In this document: piece after piece, positions 1 to 12,171 of the stretch
Layout of the letters: each line of letters begins with the position of its first letter
Numbering within the stretch: position 1 is the first letter of the stretch
Notes under the pieces: generated by a model
Told to the model about the DNA's origin: nothing
The model's input: only the letters and a program-made list of their open reading frames with translations
Database searches by the model: none
Position numbers and translations under genes: made by a program
From: Ranitomeya imitator
Taxonomy: Eukaryota
DNA: 64,000 nt
Reading direction: 5' to 3'
NCBI RefSeq assembly: GCF_032444005.1
Contig: NC_091283.1
Coordinates: forward strand, 105,772,001 to 105,836,000

Positions 1-686
1 GCAAGATTGTGACCCTGCTGAAAGTCAGGTCCCCCTTCCCGCATACCATACCACCTTACACAGGGACAAACAGGAAGGTGCAGATGAAAGTGCAGGTTCC
101 TTCATCAGGTGGGGGGAGGAATACTAGTTGGCGACGTCACTGGCACAGGGCCTCTCATAGTACGCAAAAGTGTTGCTGCCGATGGGAGGCGCCCCCGCCG
201 TGCAAACACACCGCTGTACGTTGAGGGGCCCTGTGCCAGTGCCAATGCCAACAAGTGGGCCCCCCCTGCTTGCTCAGGATCACAGCACTTGCAAAGTTGA
301 AATACTTACCTCTCCCTGCTCCACTGCCGTGACGTGGTCCAGATTTCCTGGGCCCACTAATTACTTGAACCAGCCCTACCCCACACAACTTTAGCCAAAT
401 GACCCCCAATTTCAAATGCCTTCCAATTATTATAAGGTAAATTACGCTTGACAAGCTTCATTAAGAAGAATGGATGGTTTTGACATTAAAATGGGCACTC
501 TAGGTGTTTTCCTGGCCCCCACTCACTGCCGACTATGCTGCCCCATTGACTTGCATTGGGTTTCGTGTTTCGGTCGATCCCGACTTTACGTCATAATCGG
601 CCGATTTCACTCGACCCGACTTTTGAGATAGTCGGGTTTCGCGAAACCCGGCTCGACTCTAAAAAGGTCAAGGTCGCTCAACTCTA
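1..686 (+). mobile_element. Terminal 686 bp of a hAT DNA transposon (same family as 35917-57635, opposite orientation; runs off the window)
   Basis: Reverse complement of 35917-36602 at identical length with only a few substitutions; ends in TIR ...TCGCTCAACTCTA at 686. Strand is given by transposase sense of the full copy. Confidence 0.9.
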
Positions 687-2349
687 GTAATCAGCAAGCT
701 GCCAGGAACACACTACTTCACTACACTAAGGACTGACAGTGGCAGTTAAAGAGGACTTATTAATGTAGAGAAAAATGCAAGAAGTTACAGTGCTCAAAAT
801 CTGGAGAGGTTGGTATGTACTAACTTTGAGAGGGGGGACAATAGTATACAGCATCTTAAAGAAGCACTCTTCCTCCCATCAAAATTTTTATCCTCTTAAT
901 ATATTGCATTCACATATTATACAGCACGGTTTACTTACAATTGCTCATTTTGACTTTCTACCCAGAGAATTAATCTCTTTTCCATTAGGTCTAAGACTTC
1001 AAGTGATTAAAAAGTGACTAGCTGAATCCTTTTAATCTCTATGTAGAAAAAGGAGGTCACTTTTCCATCTATGATTCATGAGTCACTGCAAAATTCCCTA
1101 GTAGAGGACTGGGGGAAACAAGTGGATCAGGAGTTGAAGAGGGGAATAAGAAGAGACTTCTTGTTTCTACATAGAGCAGAGAAAAGAGAAATATTAGCTG
1201 GGTAGAAAGGCAAAACGAGCAATTGTAAGTACACAGTGCTATATAATATGATGACTGCAATATATTAAGAGGATTACAACTTTGATATGGGTGCAACTTC
1301 AATGTGAAAGGGAGCCTTGTGCTTAGATCTTCAGGATTTAGGGTGACTTTGTCAATTCCCTTGTTTTGTCAAGTTACTTATCTATTGGTCTCAATGGTAA
1401 ATGTATAACTTTTTATCCTAAATTCTCCTAAGATTCACAAACATGATGATCATTTTCACAAACATAATGATCATTTTCACAAACAAAACCAAATGATCAG
1501 ATAATGAGTGAGATACAAATCATCGAAAACTTTTCTCCCCTTCAGCCAGGAGCCATGACTTTACTTTACCCTCACTATTGTTATTTATCAAACATAAAAA
1601 CACTTAAGGATGTGAAACTTCTTTATAAAAGGCTGAAAAAACATCTTTATTGTAAAAAGGTAGTTAAAAAGACATATACAGCTCTGGCAAAAATTAAGAG
1701 ACCACCGCAACAAAACCCTGTCATGGGCAGCCCAATCTCCAGACCTGAACCCCATTGAAAACCTCTGGAATGTAATCAAGAGGAAGATTGGATAGTCACA
1801 AGCCATCAAACAAGGAAGAACTTCTTAAATTTCTGCACCAGAAGCAGTGTGAAAGACTGGTGGAAAGCATGCCACAACGCATGAAAGCTGTGATTAAAAA
1901 TCATGGTTATTCCACAAAATATTGATTTCTGAACTCTTCCTGAGTTAAAACATTAATATTGTTATTTCTAAATGATTATGAACTTGTTTTCTTTGCATTA
2001 TTAGAGGTCTGAAAGCACTGTTGTTGTTTTTTTTTTAATTTTGACAATTTTACCTTTTCAGAAAAAAAATATTATTGTATTGCTTGGAACTTCAAAGACA
2101 TGTTGTCAGAAGTTTATAGAATAAAAGAACAATTTACATTTTACTTAAAAATATACCTATTAACATATCAAAAGGCGGTACATAATGACCACAAAAAGAG
2201 TATAATCCTTAAATAAACATTTTATTGAATAACAAACATCACAAAAATCGCGAACAATGGATAAAAAGGAACTACTGGAAACCACTAGTCAAAGGGAGCA
2301 CTGTGACCAGCACACAGCCAATGCCTATGTAAACACGATCACTCAATAC

Positions 2350-2929
2350 TAGGGTTGAGCGAAACGGATCGTTCATTTTCAAAAGTCGCCGACTTTTGGC
2401 AAAGTCGGGTTTCATGAAACCCGACCCAATCCCTGTGTGGGGTCGGCCATGCGGTACGCGACTTTCGCGCCAAAGTCGCGTTTCGTATGACGCGCTTGGC
2501 GCCATTTTTTTCAGCCAATGAAGGGGCGTGGGCAGAGTGATGACATAGGTCTTAGGGGCGTGGACGCCTATTGCCATGTTGTCGCTTGTGCGCTGTAGCG
2601 ATTTGCACTGTGTAACACCAGCTTTTCANNNNNNNNNNNNNNNNNNNNNNNNNNNNNNNNNNNNNNNNNNNNNNNNNNNNNNNNNNNNNNNNNNNNNNNN
2701 NNNNNNNNNNNNNNNNNNNNNNNNNNNNNNNNNNNNNNNNNNNNNNNNNNNNNNNNNNNNNNNNNNNNNNNNNNNNNNNNNNNNNNNNNNNNNNNNATTA
2801 GGTTTCGTGTTTCGGTCGATCCTCGACTTTTCGCCATAATCGGCCGATTTCACTCGACTCGACTTTTGAGATAGTCGGGTTTCGCGAAACCCGGCTCGAC
2901 CCTAAAAAAGTCAAGGTCGCTCAACCCTA
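2350..2929 (+). mobile_element. hAT element spanning an assembly gap (true length unknown)
   Basis: TIRs TAGGGTTGAGCGA at both ends; perfect 8-bp TSD CTCAATAC (2342-2349, 2930-2937); both ends are homologous to the ends of 35917-57635. Confidence 0.88.
2629..2796. other. Assembly gap (168 N)
   Basis: Run of N. Confidence 1.
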
Positions 2930-5900
2930 CTCAATACCTCTCAAATGTTAATGTGCAAGGTACAGACATAGCGGTCTGTACAAATGGCTTTGGATTAAAT
3001 AGCAGCATTTCATTATATCTAAAGTGCATAGTGCATCATGTCCATAATGGACCGTTTTTGGAATGCATAAACCATGCATATTACCAGCATCATGCCTGCT
3101 TAAGTCTGTAAGTATTTCATACCTCTCTTTTATGTTTGGTTTATGCATTCCAAAAACGGTCCATTATGGACATGATGCATTATGCACTTTAGATATAATG
3201 AAATGCTGCTATTTAATCCAAAGCCATTTGTGCAGACCGCTATGTCTGTACCTTGCACATTAACATTTGAGAGGTATTGAGTGATAGTGTTTACATAGGC
3301 ATTGGCTGTGTGCTGGTCACAGTGCTCCCTTTGACTAGTGGTTTCCAGTAGTTCCTTTTTATCCATTGTTCGGGGTTTTTTTTTATGTTTATGTTATTCA
3401 ATAAAATGTTTATTTAAGGATTATACTCTTTTTGTGGTCATTATGTACCGCCTTTTGATATGTTAATACGTATTTGAGTTTTTGTCCTACTAGACCTTTT
3501 TGGGGCATTTGTTTTGTGTTAATATTAAAAATATACCTATAACAGACAAACTGAACATTTTGCAGTGGTCTCTTAATTTTTGCCAGTGCTGTATATAAAA
3601 CCAATATCACAATAAATTAACAAGAAAGGGAGAAACAAGTGCAGGAAAAGGGTGGGTACACCTGGGTAGTATACCGTATGATACACTGTACAGTCCATAT
3701 GAAATCCGGCAAATGCAAATAAGCATTGTGCCAGACAAAACATAGTGTCCATATGGCAAATCAGAAGAGGTGCTATGTAAAGCGCGAATAAGTCACAGTG
3801 ACGATCCTGCATAGCACCAATCTATCGAGCAATATATAGGCTACACATATAGGACTAAAAATAAAGGTAACATTACCAGCAGTGTATGGAACCAGGGACC
3901 CACCACACCCTACTCTCCAGGGACAAAGCATTTCATTGCAAAACGCGCGTCGGGTGTGGTGTGGCCCTGGTTCCATACATGGTCTTTGTTTACTTTTTAA
4001 CGTTTCTCAGACGATGATAGGTCCCTCTTTAAAGAGAATCCAGCCTAATGTAGAGACAGACACCCTCATTCCAGTGATATATCACTTACTAGTCTGTTTG
4101 CTTTTCACAAGAGGACTAGTAAACATACTGCCATGTAGTTCTTCATATTCATTAGCTCTGTATAACCCCTCCACCACCAAAGCTTTCTGCTTATGCACAG
4201 TGTACATAGAAAGCTACCAATCAGTGGTAAGGGCGGGGTTATACAGAGCTTAGCATTCAGAGAACTGGTAGCTCCACAGCAGATAAAACAGGGATTTTAT
4301 AAAGACTGCTGCAAGTAAGTTATACATTGCTGGAATCAGGGTCTCTGCCCCTTCATCATGCAACTAGCAGATGAGATAGCAAAAAAACTGATGGCGCATT
4401 AACCGAGCATGCTAGGGTGTTAGCTGAGTATCATGGGGGCTTGAGTACTATGTTCAAGTCCCCACGGCTGAATGATTTGAGGCGGATAGACAGCTGCAAC
4501 ACATGCAGGTTTGCCTATCAACCATGAGGCATGCAGACGTGGGGATTTGAACATATTACTCGAGCCTCCGCAATACTTGTATAACACCGGAGCATGCTCA
4601 GATAACGCTGTATCAGAGCACGCTCGCTCATCACTACTAATATACTTTACTATACATTACATGATGGCCATTCATGAACAGATCAAGATCACCAAACTGT
4701 TGCTCTGTTCTGACTTATAGGGGAAGGTTCAAAGCAGGGGGCCCTCCATAACCGGGTCTGTATGCTCAATAGGAAAAATGAAAAGCAAAAAGACACGGTC
4801 AAAAGAGCGCTAAGGATCAGAGGTTAAAATGATGAATCTTTATTCCACTAGGCGTTTCAACGGACAACGCCATCTTCATTAGGTGGCAATGGGTAGCCAC
4901 GTAGTGGAAAAAAGAGTCATCATTTTAACCTCTGATCCTTAGCGCACCTTTGACCTTGTCTTTTTGTTTTTCAGTCATCCTTCCCCCTTCTGAGGGTACA
5001 CGGCTGGAGCTGCAGCGGACCCACCACTTCCCACCTCTGACCGGCTCACAGCGCTCCTGAAGACAGAGGTTGTCTTTATTGGACAGCTCCTTTAAATGGT
5101 ATTTGGTTACCAATCAGTATGCAGTAGGAAGAAATAGAAGAAATTATGGAGCTCAGAGGGTAGAGGAACAACAATGCAAACCGAGAAGAAAGCGCACTAA
5201 AAAGAGCATATCTCATGACGGCTACAATATAAAGAGTGTGCATAGAATTTATTGTACTAGTGTTTGATTGAGTATGACTGAGTGGGCGCCATGGACCCTG
5301 GGAATTACAATTTAGCAAGGATACGTATCTGCAATAGACGTTAATGGCAGGTTACATCAACCTCATAAATCTTGAGACAAGTGGGGAACAAAAATCAATA
5401 TGCAAGGTGATATTCAATAACATTGTCTCCGGTGGTTTGACTGTCCTTAAGGAAAAGGAATAAGATTCTTTGCAGAGATAGCAATAGGAGACACAACCCA
5501 CCAATCTTCTATTTCTTATTATTCCTCTTCTTTCAGAAAAGGGAAAGCTTAGTTTGTGTTATAGAATCACATATGTTCGTTATGTAACTTACCAATGACA
5601 CGAAGAATCAGATACCCAATATGTCTTCCCCTGACTGAAGACTAGATGGTAACGAAAACCACTAATGATCCTATTAAGGCAGAAAAAGAATAGCTATTGA
5701 TCTATCGGGTCTGTTTGCAGGATGCATTTTTATAAGCCGCTACAATGGGGGGATATAATTAACCCCTGCGAGATATGTAATAATCTGGAGCAGTGCAGAG
5801 TGCGGGGGAGGGGGGCCGAAAATACATTTTGAAATTCATGCTCTTAGTTCCAGTGTCAGGTGCATATAATCAGCATTGGTTCTCAGTGATTTTAATTAAT

Positions 5901-6324
5901 TTAATTGGCCATATGAGCTCAGGTTGTTGCCTCAGAACAGAATTGTCCTTTACGCGACCTTTAAACATCTGGATATCGGATTCAACAAATGGACATATTA
6001 ACAATTTGTCACCAAGGCTTTATAACAATGAAGCAAGTGTTTATTATGGCTGAAATGCCTTTTATTACAGCTTATTCACACAGTCCGGTCATATTGTGGC
6101 CGCACATTAATGTACCCCTAAAGTGTCAGGCTCATCATGCTACTATTAAAAAGTTAATATTTAATTAATTAGGTTTTATACTTAATTTTTTACAAAATTA
6201 AAATTGGATTTAAATATGCTTTCAAATCAATGTGATTTCAGAGTCAAATTCTCATAGGCAAATATTCGCTAGGTATTTGTTTTTTTTAGAGGAAGCCTAT
6301 CATTTCAGAGAACATTTTGTTTAA

Positions 6325-6841
6325 GGCCTCTTTCACACTTCAGTTGTTTGGCGTCTGTCTAAAACCGCCATTTTCCTCAAATAATGGATCCGTCATTTTT
6401 TTTTGACGGATCTGCTATTTTCCCATAGACTTGCATTAGCGACGGATTGTGACGGATGGTCGTCCGTTCCATCCGCCATGCGACGGATCCGTCGAAATTT
6501 GGCGGACGTCATCTAGAGATAGACGGACATTATAACGTTTTTTGTCAACGCCGAAATGGCGGATCGCGACGGATCCGTCGCGTCCGCCATTCCATAGATT
6601 GCCCTCCTATGTGCGATGGATCCGTCGCGACCGTCATTTCGGCGGATCCGTCGCCCCAATCCGCTTTTTCAATTGCGCATGCTCCAAAAAGTAGATACTT
6701 TTCCCAGACAACCCCCAAGTAACGGATCCGTCAAAAAAACGGATCTGTTAGAACCGTTTTCTCAACAATTGTGACGGATCCGTCGATCCGTCACTATGTC
6801 AGAAGTGACTGACGCGTGAAAACTGAAGTGTGAAAGAAGCC
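6325..6841. mobile_element. PIF/Harbinger-type (Tourist-like) MITE
   Basis: 20-bp TIR GGCCTCTTTCACACTTCAGT (1 mismatch); TAA on both sides; interior packed with GACGGATCCGTC palindromes. Confidence 0.8.
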
Positions 6842-9084
6842 TAAGTAGCAGACTAAAAACCATAGGGTGAGGTGAGACTAGCCCTGGCCGGCTACTCCCA
6901 GCACTTCTCTAGGTGATCGACAGACCTATTTCCTGTGTGTACTTAGCGAGAGATCTGACAGTCGCCTGGAGCAGAACTACTGGTTTTATTTTTACTTGCC
7001 GATTCGGCATGAGAAAAAAATAGCTGCATGCTGCGATTGGTAGCATATATCAGATACCGCGCACCCATACAAGTTTATAGGTGCATGCAAAACATCGGAC
7101 TACACTCTGATATTATCTGATTGCAGGCTGAAAAACGCCACTCGCTGAATGGAGAAGATGGAGAAACTAAGTTCTCTGATTCTTCCATGAGAGACAACCG
7201 GATCACAGTAAAGTTACACTCCGCTCATGCTCACCGCTGAGTTTGAGCCGAGGGTCGTTTCCTTATGGCATGAGAGACTCATCAGATGCTGTACGCTAGT
7301 TTGAGTGAACCCTCAGAATCTTCGCCGTTTGTCTCAATGTTCTATCGAATGAAGTGGGCAGAGACTCTAGTCAGCAGATGACCACAAGCCTGGCAATCAC
7401 ATCTCCATGGTTGAGCGACGACCTCTGGAACTGGCAAATGGACAGTACAAACCATTACTATTCAACAAGCTAATAATACAAAAAAATGTACTTACATCGT
7501 GCCAACATATACCGCAGCACTTTACAATTAAGCTAGCGAAAATTTACTCAAGGATTAAGAACTGCTTTGAATAGGACCTTTCACCACATTATTCATATTG
7601 AGCTGGACACATCATGTAAAAGTGGATGCAGGTCAATGATTTGAAAATCAATGTAAGACCCCTGTTCTCCAGATAGGTGCGGAATCTGACCCGATCAGAC
7701 CTTCATTACTTGTGGAATTGATATAGATTCTTCTTTGAAAGTTTCTTTTTCTTCTAGTATACATTCAGAAATGTGATGATCACATGCCTTTAAAACCTAT
7801 ACAATACTGTAAAAAAATATTATTTGTTTCTCCTGTAAATAACATATCCGAAAATTGCTTCAATCTTCCATGTGAGTGCTTTGATAATAATTTGCCAGAC
7901 TGTGCTGCCCTTTTCTTGCCACAGATGAAAGTCGCTACTTATCATATGCTACTTATTATAGTCACGGTGGATGAAGAAATGTCTTCAAACCGCTCATGAA
8001 GCTTGAGGGAATAAAATCGATGACCTTGTTAATAGACAATCCTTAAAAACTTTGCATGACATGGCCTCTCTTTCACCTCCTCAGACCGGTCTCTAGACAG
8101 CAGCCAATATTTCAGGAACTTTATATTACCTAATGGAGGAGGTCTCTGGTGAAGCGTGTGCTCGTATCTATAGTTAGACTGATTCATCTTTTCTGTCATA
8201 CATGTATATACAAACCTTTGCTTTTAAGGGATTCCCGAGGGACCAGTTTATAGGTCCATGAAATAATAATGGTCATCTAGCAAGCTCAATTCCTATTATT
8301 TACTTATCACCCTAACAAACCTATGTTATCAATTTTACGTCCTGGAAAAACCAACACTGGGAATAAGAATTTTTTTTTTTACTTTCACTCTGTTTTCTAC
8401 TTTGGTGTGCTGATGTAATTTTAAGAAGGGGAAGTCTTTTGTTAGTACTATAAGCTAGATGTCTAATAAATACAAGAGGTTGTATGGGAAGGGATGTAAA
8501 GAACATTCAACATAGAAGAAATGAATGATAAAAACAAATAGCAATAATCTTGCCTAGTTTGTTTGTCAGTCTACTGGATTATATTTATGTCGAAAAGGCA
8601 AAAAACTTCCAAGAGTACAAAAAGGAGTTCATTTTATTTAGATTTTATGCATTTTTGGCTGTCAGACAAAAAGATGGGGTTAGACAGGTATTTTGGTGTA
8701 ACATTCAGTTGCTGCAGGTACTTATCTCACGCCAGACACATGACTGATACATCTGTCATAAAACTGTTGAAAATGGCAGAAATTTTGGTCTTAAATAGTA
8801 GAGATGAGCAGATTGATCTGCGGATGATTGAGATCGAGTCAAATTATGACTATTTATATGAAACTATGTGAAATTTGAGTCGTAGTTTGTAAAAAAACCT
8901 TTCCCCATCATCACTTCCCATACTGCTGAAGCTATGATGCATTGCAATCATGACATCTAGTGGGTTATCATATCTTGTACAGTGGGGGACAGTACCAGGG
9001 CCATTGCCGATCAGCGGTTTCCCATGGAGAACATTTTGTACGGCAGAGTCATTTTCCATCTCGAGAGTCACTGGGTAAGTCTTT

Positions 9085-10190
9085 CTCTCCTGTAGAGTGT
9101 AAGCTCTTATGGTCAGTGGGGTCCTCTCTCTCCTGTAGAGCATAATCTCTTATGATCAGCAGGGTCTTTTCTCTATCTCTCCTGTAGAGTGTAAGCTCTT
9201 ATCATGGACCTCTCTATCTCTGTCCTATAGAGTGTAAGCTCGTATGATGGACCTCTCTTTCTCTGTCCTATAGAGTGTAAGCTCTTATCATGGACCTCTC
9301 TTTTTCTGTCCTATAGAGTGTAAGCTCTTATGATGGAACTTTTTCTCTCTCCTATAGAGTGTAAGCTCTTATCATGGACCTCTCTTTTTCTGTCCTATAG
9401 AGTGTAAGCTCTTATGATGGAACTCTTTCTCTGTCCTATAGAGTGTAAGCTCTTATGATGGAACTCTCTTTCTCTGTCCTATAGAGTGTAAGCTCTTATG
9501 ATGGACCTCTCTTTCTCTGTCCTATAGAGTGTAAGCTCTTATGATGGACCTCTCTTTCTCTGTCCTATAGAGTGTAAGCTCTTATGATGGACCTCTCTTT
9601 CTCTGTCCTATAGAGTGTAAGCTCTTATGATGGACCTCTCTATCTCTGTCCTATAGAGTGTAAGCTCTTATGATGGAACTCTTTCTCTGTCCTATAGAGT
9701 GTAAGCTCTTATGATGGACCTCTCTATCTCTGTCCTATAGAGTGTAAGCTCTTATGATGGACCTCTCTTTCTCTGTCCTATAGAGTGTAAGCTCTTATGA
9801 TGGACCTCTCTTTCTCTGTTCTATAGAGTGTAAGCTCTTATGATGGAACTCTTTCTCTGTCCTATAGAGTGTAAGCTCTTATGATGGACCTCTCTATCTC
9901 TGTCCTATAGAGTGTAAGCTCTTATGATGGACCTCTCTATCTCTGTCCTATAGAGTGTAAGCTCTTATGATGGAACTCTTTCTCTGTCCTATAGAGTGTA
10001 AGCTCTTATGATGGACCTCTCTATCTCTGTCTTATAGAGTGTAAGCTCTTATGATGGACCTCTCTTTCTCTGTCCTATAGAGTGTAAGCTCTTATGATGG
10101 AACTCTTTCTCTCTCCTATAGAGTGTAAGCTCTAATAGCCAGCGTTGTTCTCTCCCTCCCTCCTGTAGAGTGTAGGCTCCTATGGTCAGT
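9085..10190. repeat. 43/41-bp minisatellite, roughly 24 copies
   Basis: Unit TATAGAGTGTAAGCTCTTATGATGGACCTCTCTTTCTCTGTCC with a 41-bp GAACTCT variant; degenerate edges. Confidence 0.95.
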
Positions 10191-11568
10191 AAGGTGATCT
10201 CTCTTCTCTCTCTGATGTTTATTTTCTGAGCAATTTTAAGCTTTCCAGTATTGAGATTCATGCAAATTATTTGCTGCAAATCAAATGGGGTAAGGTAGTG
10301 AGTCATATACATGGATCTAAATATGGTTATGAGATCCACGTGATAACCCAAGCGTCCCCTCAACTCAATGTGCACACCCGGAAGAAGCTGGTGGTGAAAC
10401 GTGCGTCGGGGTGAGGGGACGCTTGGGTGATCAGGCCTATGCACAGTGTACACAGAAAGCTGCAATCAGTGGTGGGGCAGGGTTATACAGAGCTCATGAA
10501 TACTGACTATATGGCAGCAGGTTTAAGGATGTGAGCGGCACATCCGTCCAACAATAATTAAAAATGTTTTCATGCTTTATTCAAAATGCATTAAAGATGT
10601 GGAATCCAAAAAATATATATAAAACCTGATACGATTCTGGAGCAAGTGCACTTAATCATTAGACATCCTATGACTAAGGGCGCTTGGACGCCAGAAACGC
10701 ATCGTCGGGTTTTATATATTTTTTGTATTACATGTTTTTAATGAATTTTTAATAAAGCATGAAAGAATTTTTTCTTTTTGTTGGACGGATGTGCCGCTCA
10801 TTTCCTCGTATCCTTGAACCTTTGGCTGAACTTCACCAGCAGGACCGACACCCGACATACAGATCTCAACCCTAAACATCGGACGATATGGCATGGTGAG
10901 CTCACAATTCCCCTCTGGCAAAATGGCAGCAGGTTTACTTTTCTCCCATACTTTTTTACTTTTATCTGGGAGGACTAACTGGTTCCTTCTATTTGTTGCT
11001 CCTTCACCTTATTTGAATCTGTCTTAGCGTCTCACCTTGGGTTCTTGTATCTCTCCTCACACTTGCCTTTCCCCTTATTGGTAGTGTGTTTCGGCCTCCA
11101 CTCTGGTTCCTCAGGGGGTACGAGAAATTCCTTGAAGGCCTTTTAGGGAGCCAGGTCCGAGGTGGTGTTTTTTAGTTGTGTGGCTAGGGCCTCTCTAGTC
11201 TGTACAGGGACCAAATGGGTGTGAGTGTGAACACGTTCATAACACACATAAATCAGTGATTGTGTTAAAGGCACAGCAAGCAGCCTAGTAAGTGACACAT
11301 CATGGGAATCAGGGTCTCTGTCTCTACTTTACTCTGCTCCCAGATTAGGTGAAATCTGGTGAAAAATTCGCTTTAATACAGATCATAAAAAAAAATAAAA
11401 ATAAATGTAACATAAAAGCCTGATTTAAATATTAGATCATTCCCTTTAAGTCATCTATCCAGTACGTGCCAAACACTGCCTGCCTATATCACTACCATTA
11501 CCTGACAGATTCATTTGTATTTTTAGCAGCTATTCCTGCTTTCTCTCCTGCACCTGTTTAATACTTAA

Positions 11569-11896
11569 AGGGACACTGTCACCTGGATTTGGAGGGAACA
11601 ATCTTCAGCCATGGAGGCGGGGTTTTGGGGTTTTTGATTCACCCTTTCCTTACCCGCTGGCTGCATGCTGGCTGCAATATTGGATTGAAGTTCATTCTCT
11701 GTCCTCCGTAGTACACGCCTGCACAAGGCAATCTTGCCTTGTGCAGGCGTGTACTATGGAGGACAGAGAATGAACTTCAATCCAATATTGCAGCCAGCAT
11801 GCAGCCAGCGGGTAAGGAAAGGGTGAATCAAAAACCCCAAAACCCCGCCTCCATGGCTGAAGATTGTTCCCTCCAAATTCAGGTGACAGTGTCCCT
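11569..11896. mobile_element. T2/Kolobok-type palindromic MITE
   Basis: TTAA|AGGGACACTGTCA...TGACAGTGTCCCT|TTAA; the whole 328 bp is a near-perfect palindrome. Confidence 0.9.
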
Positions 11897-12171
11897 TTAA
11901 TGGTGTTTTCATGTTATTGCCGCTTCTGTATGGCTAGTAATTATGATAATGTGATTTACTACTTAGTGATCTGTTATTTGTCCTAACCGATAACAAAACC
12001 GTCATAATTAATAGAAAACAAAATACTTCCTGCCTATTTTTTTTAAGTCTTCTTTTTTCACTCTACTTTAGTTTTGACAAACTGGAAGTATAAAGCAAGG
12101 AGCAATAATGAACAAATTTACTTATATTCTCTTAATATTAGTAATATTAATATCTATCAAATATATTTAGA

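Larger units (their letters stand above)
2161..3524. mobile_element. Fold-back (inverted-repeat) insertion, probably a Penelope-like 3' tail
   Basis: Arms 2161-3074 (minus the hAT) and 3137-3465 are inverted copies of ~330 bp; 62-nt spacer; 59-nt unpaired tail; 16-bp direct repeat TTAAAAATATACCTAT at 2145-2160 and 3525-3540. The PLE assignment is by architecture only. Confidence 0.55.
1679..3591 (+). mobile_element. Internally deleted Tc1/mariner element
   Basis: 27-bp TIRs CAGCTCTGGCAAAAATTAAGAGACCAC / CAGCACTGG... (1 mismatch) with TA on both sides; only the transposase 3' end remains ([13 protein letters not shown] near 1725-1770). Confidence 0.85.

Noticed and set aside
5625-5665. CTGACTGAAG...CGAAA hammerhead-like string
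   Set aside because: No stem II pairing or cleavage triplet could be drawn.
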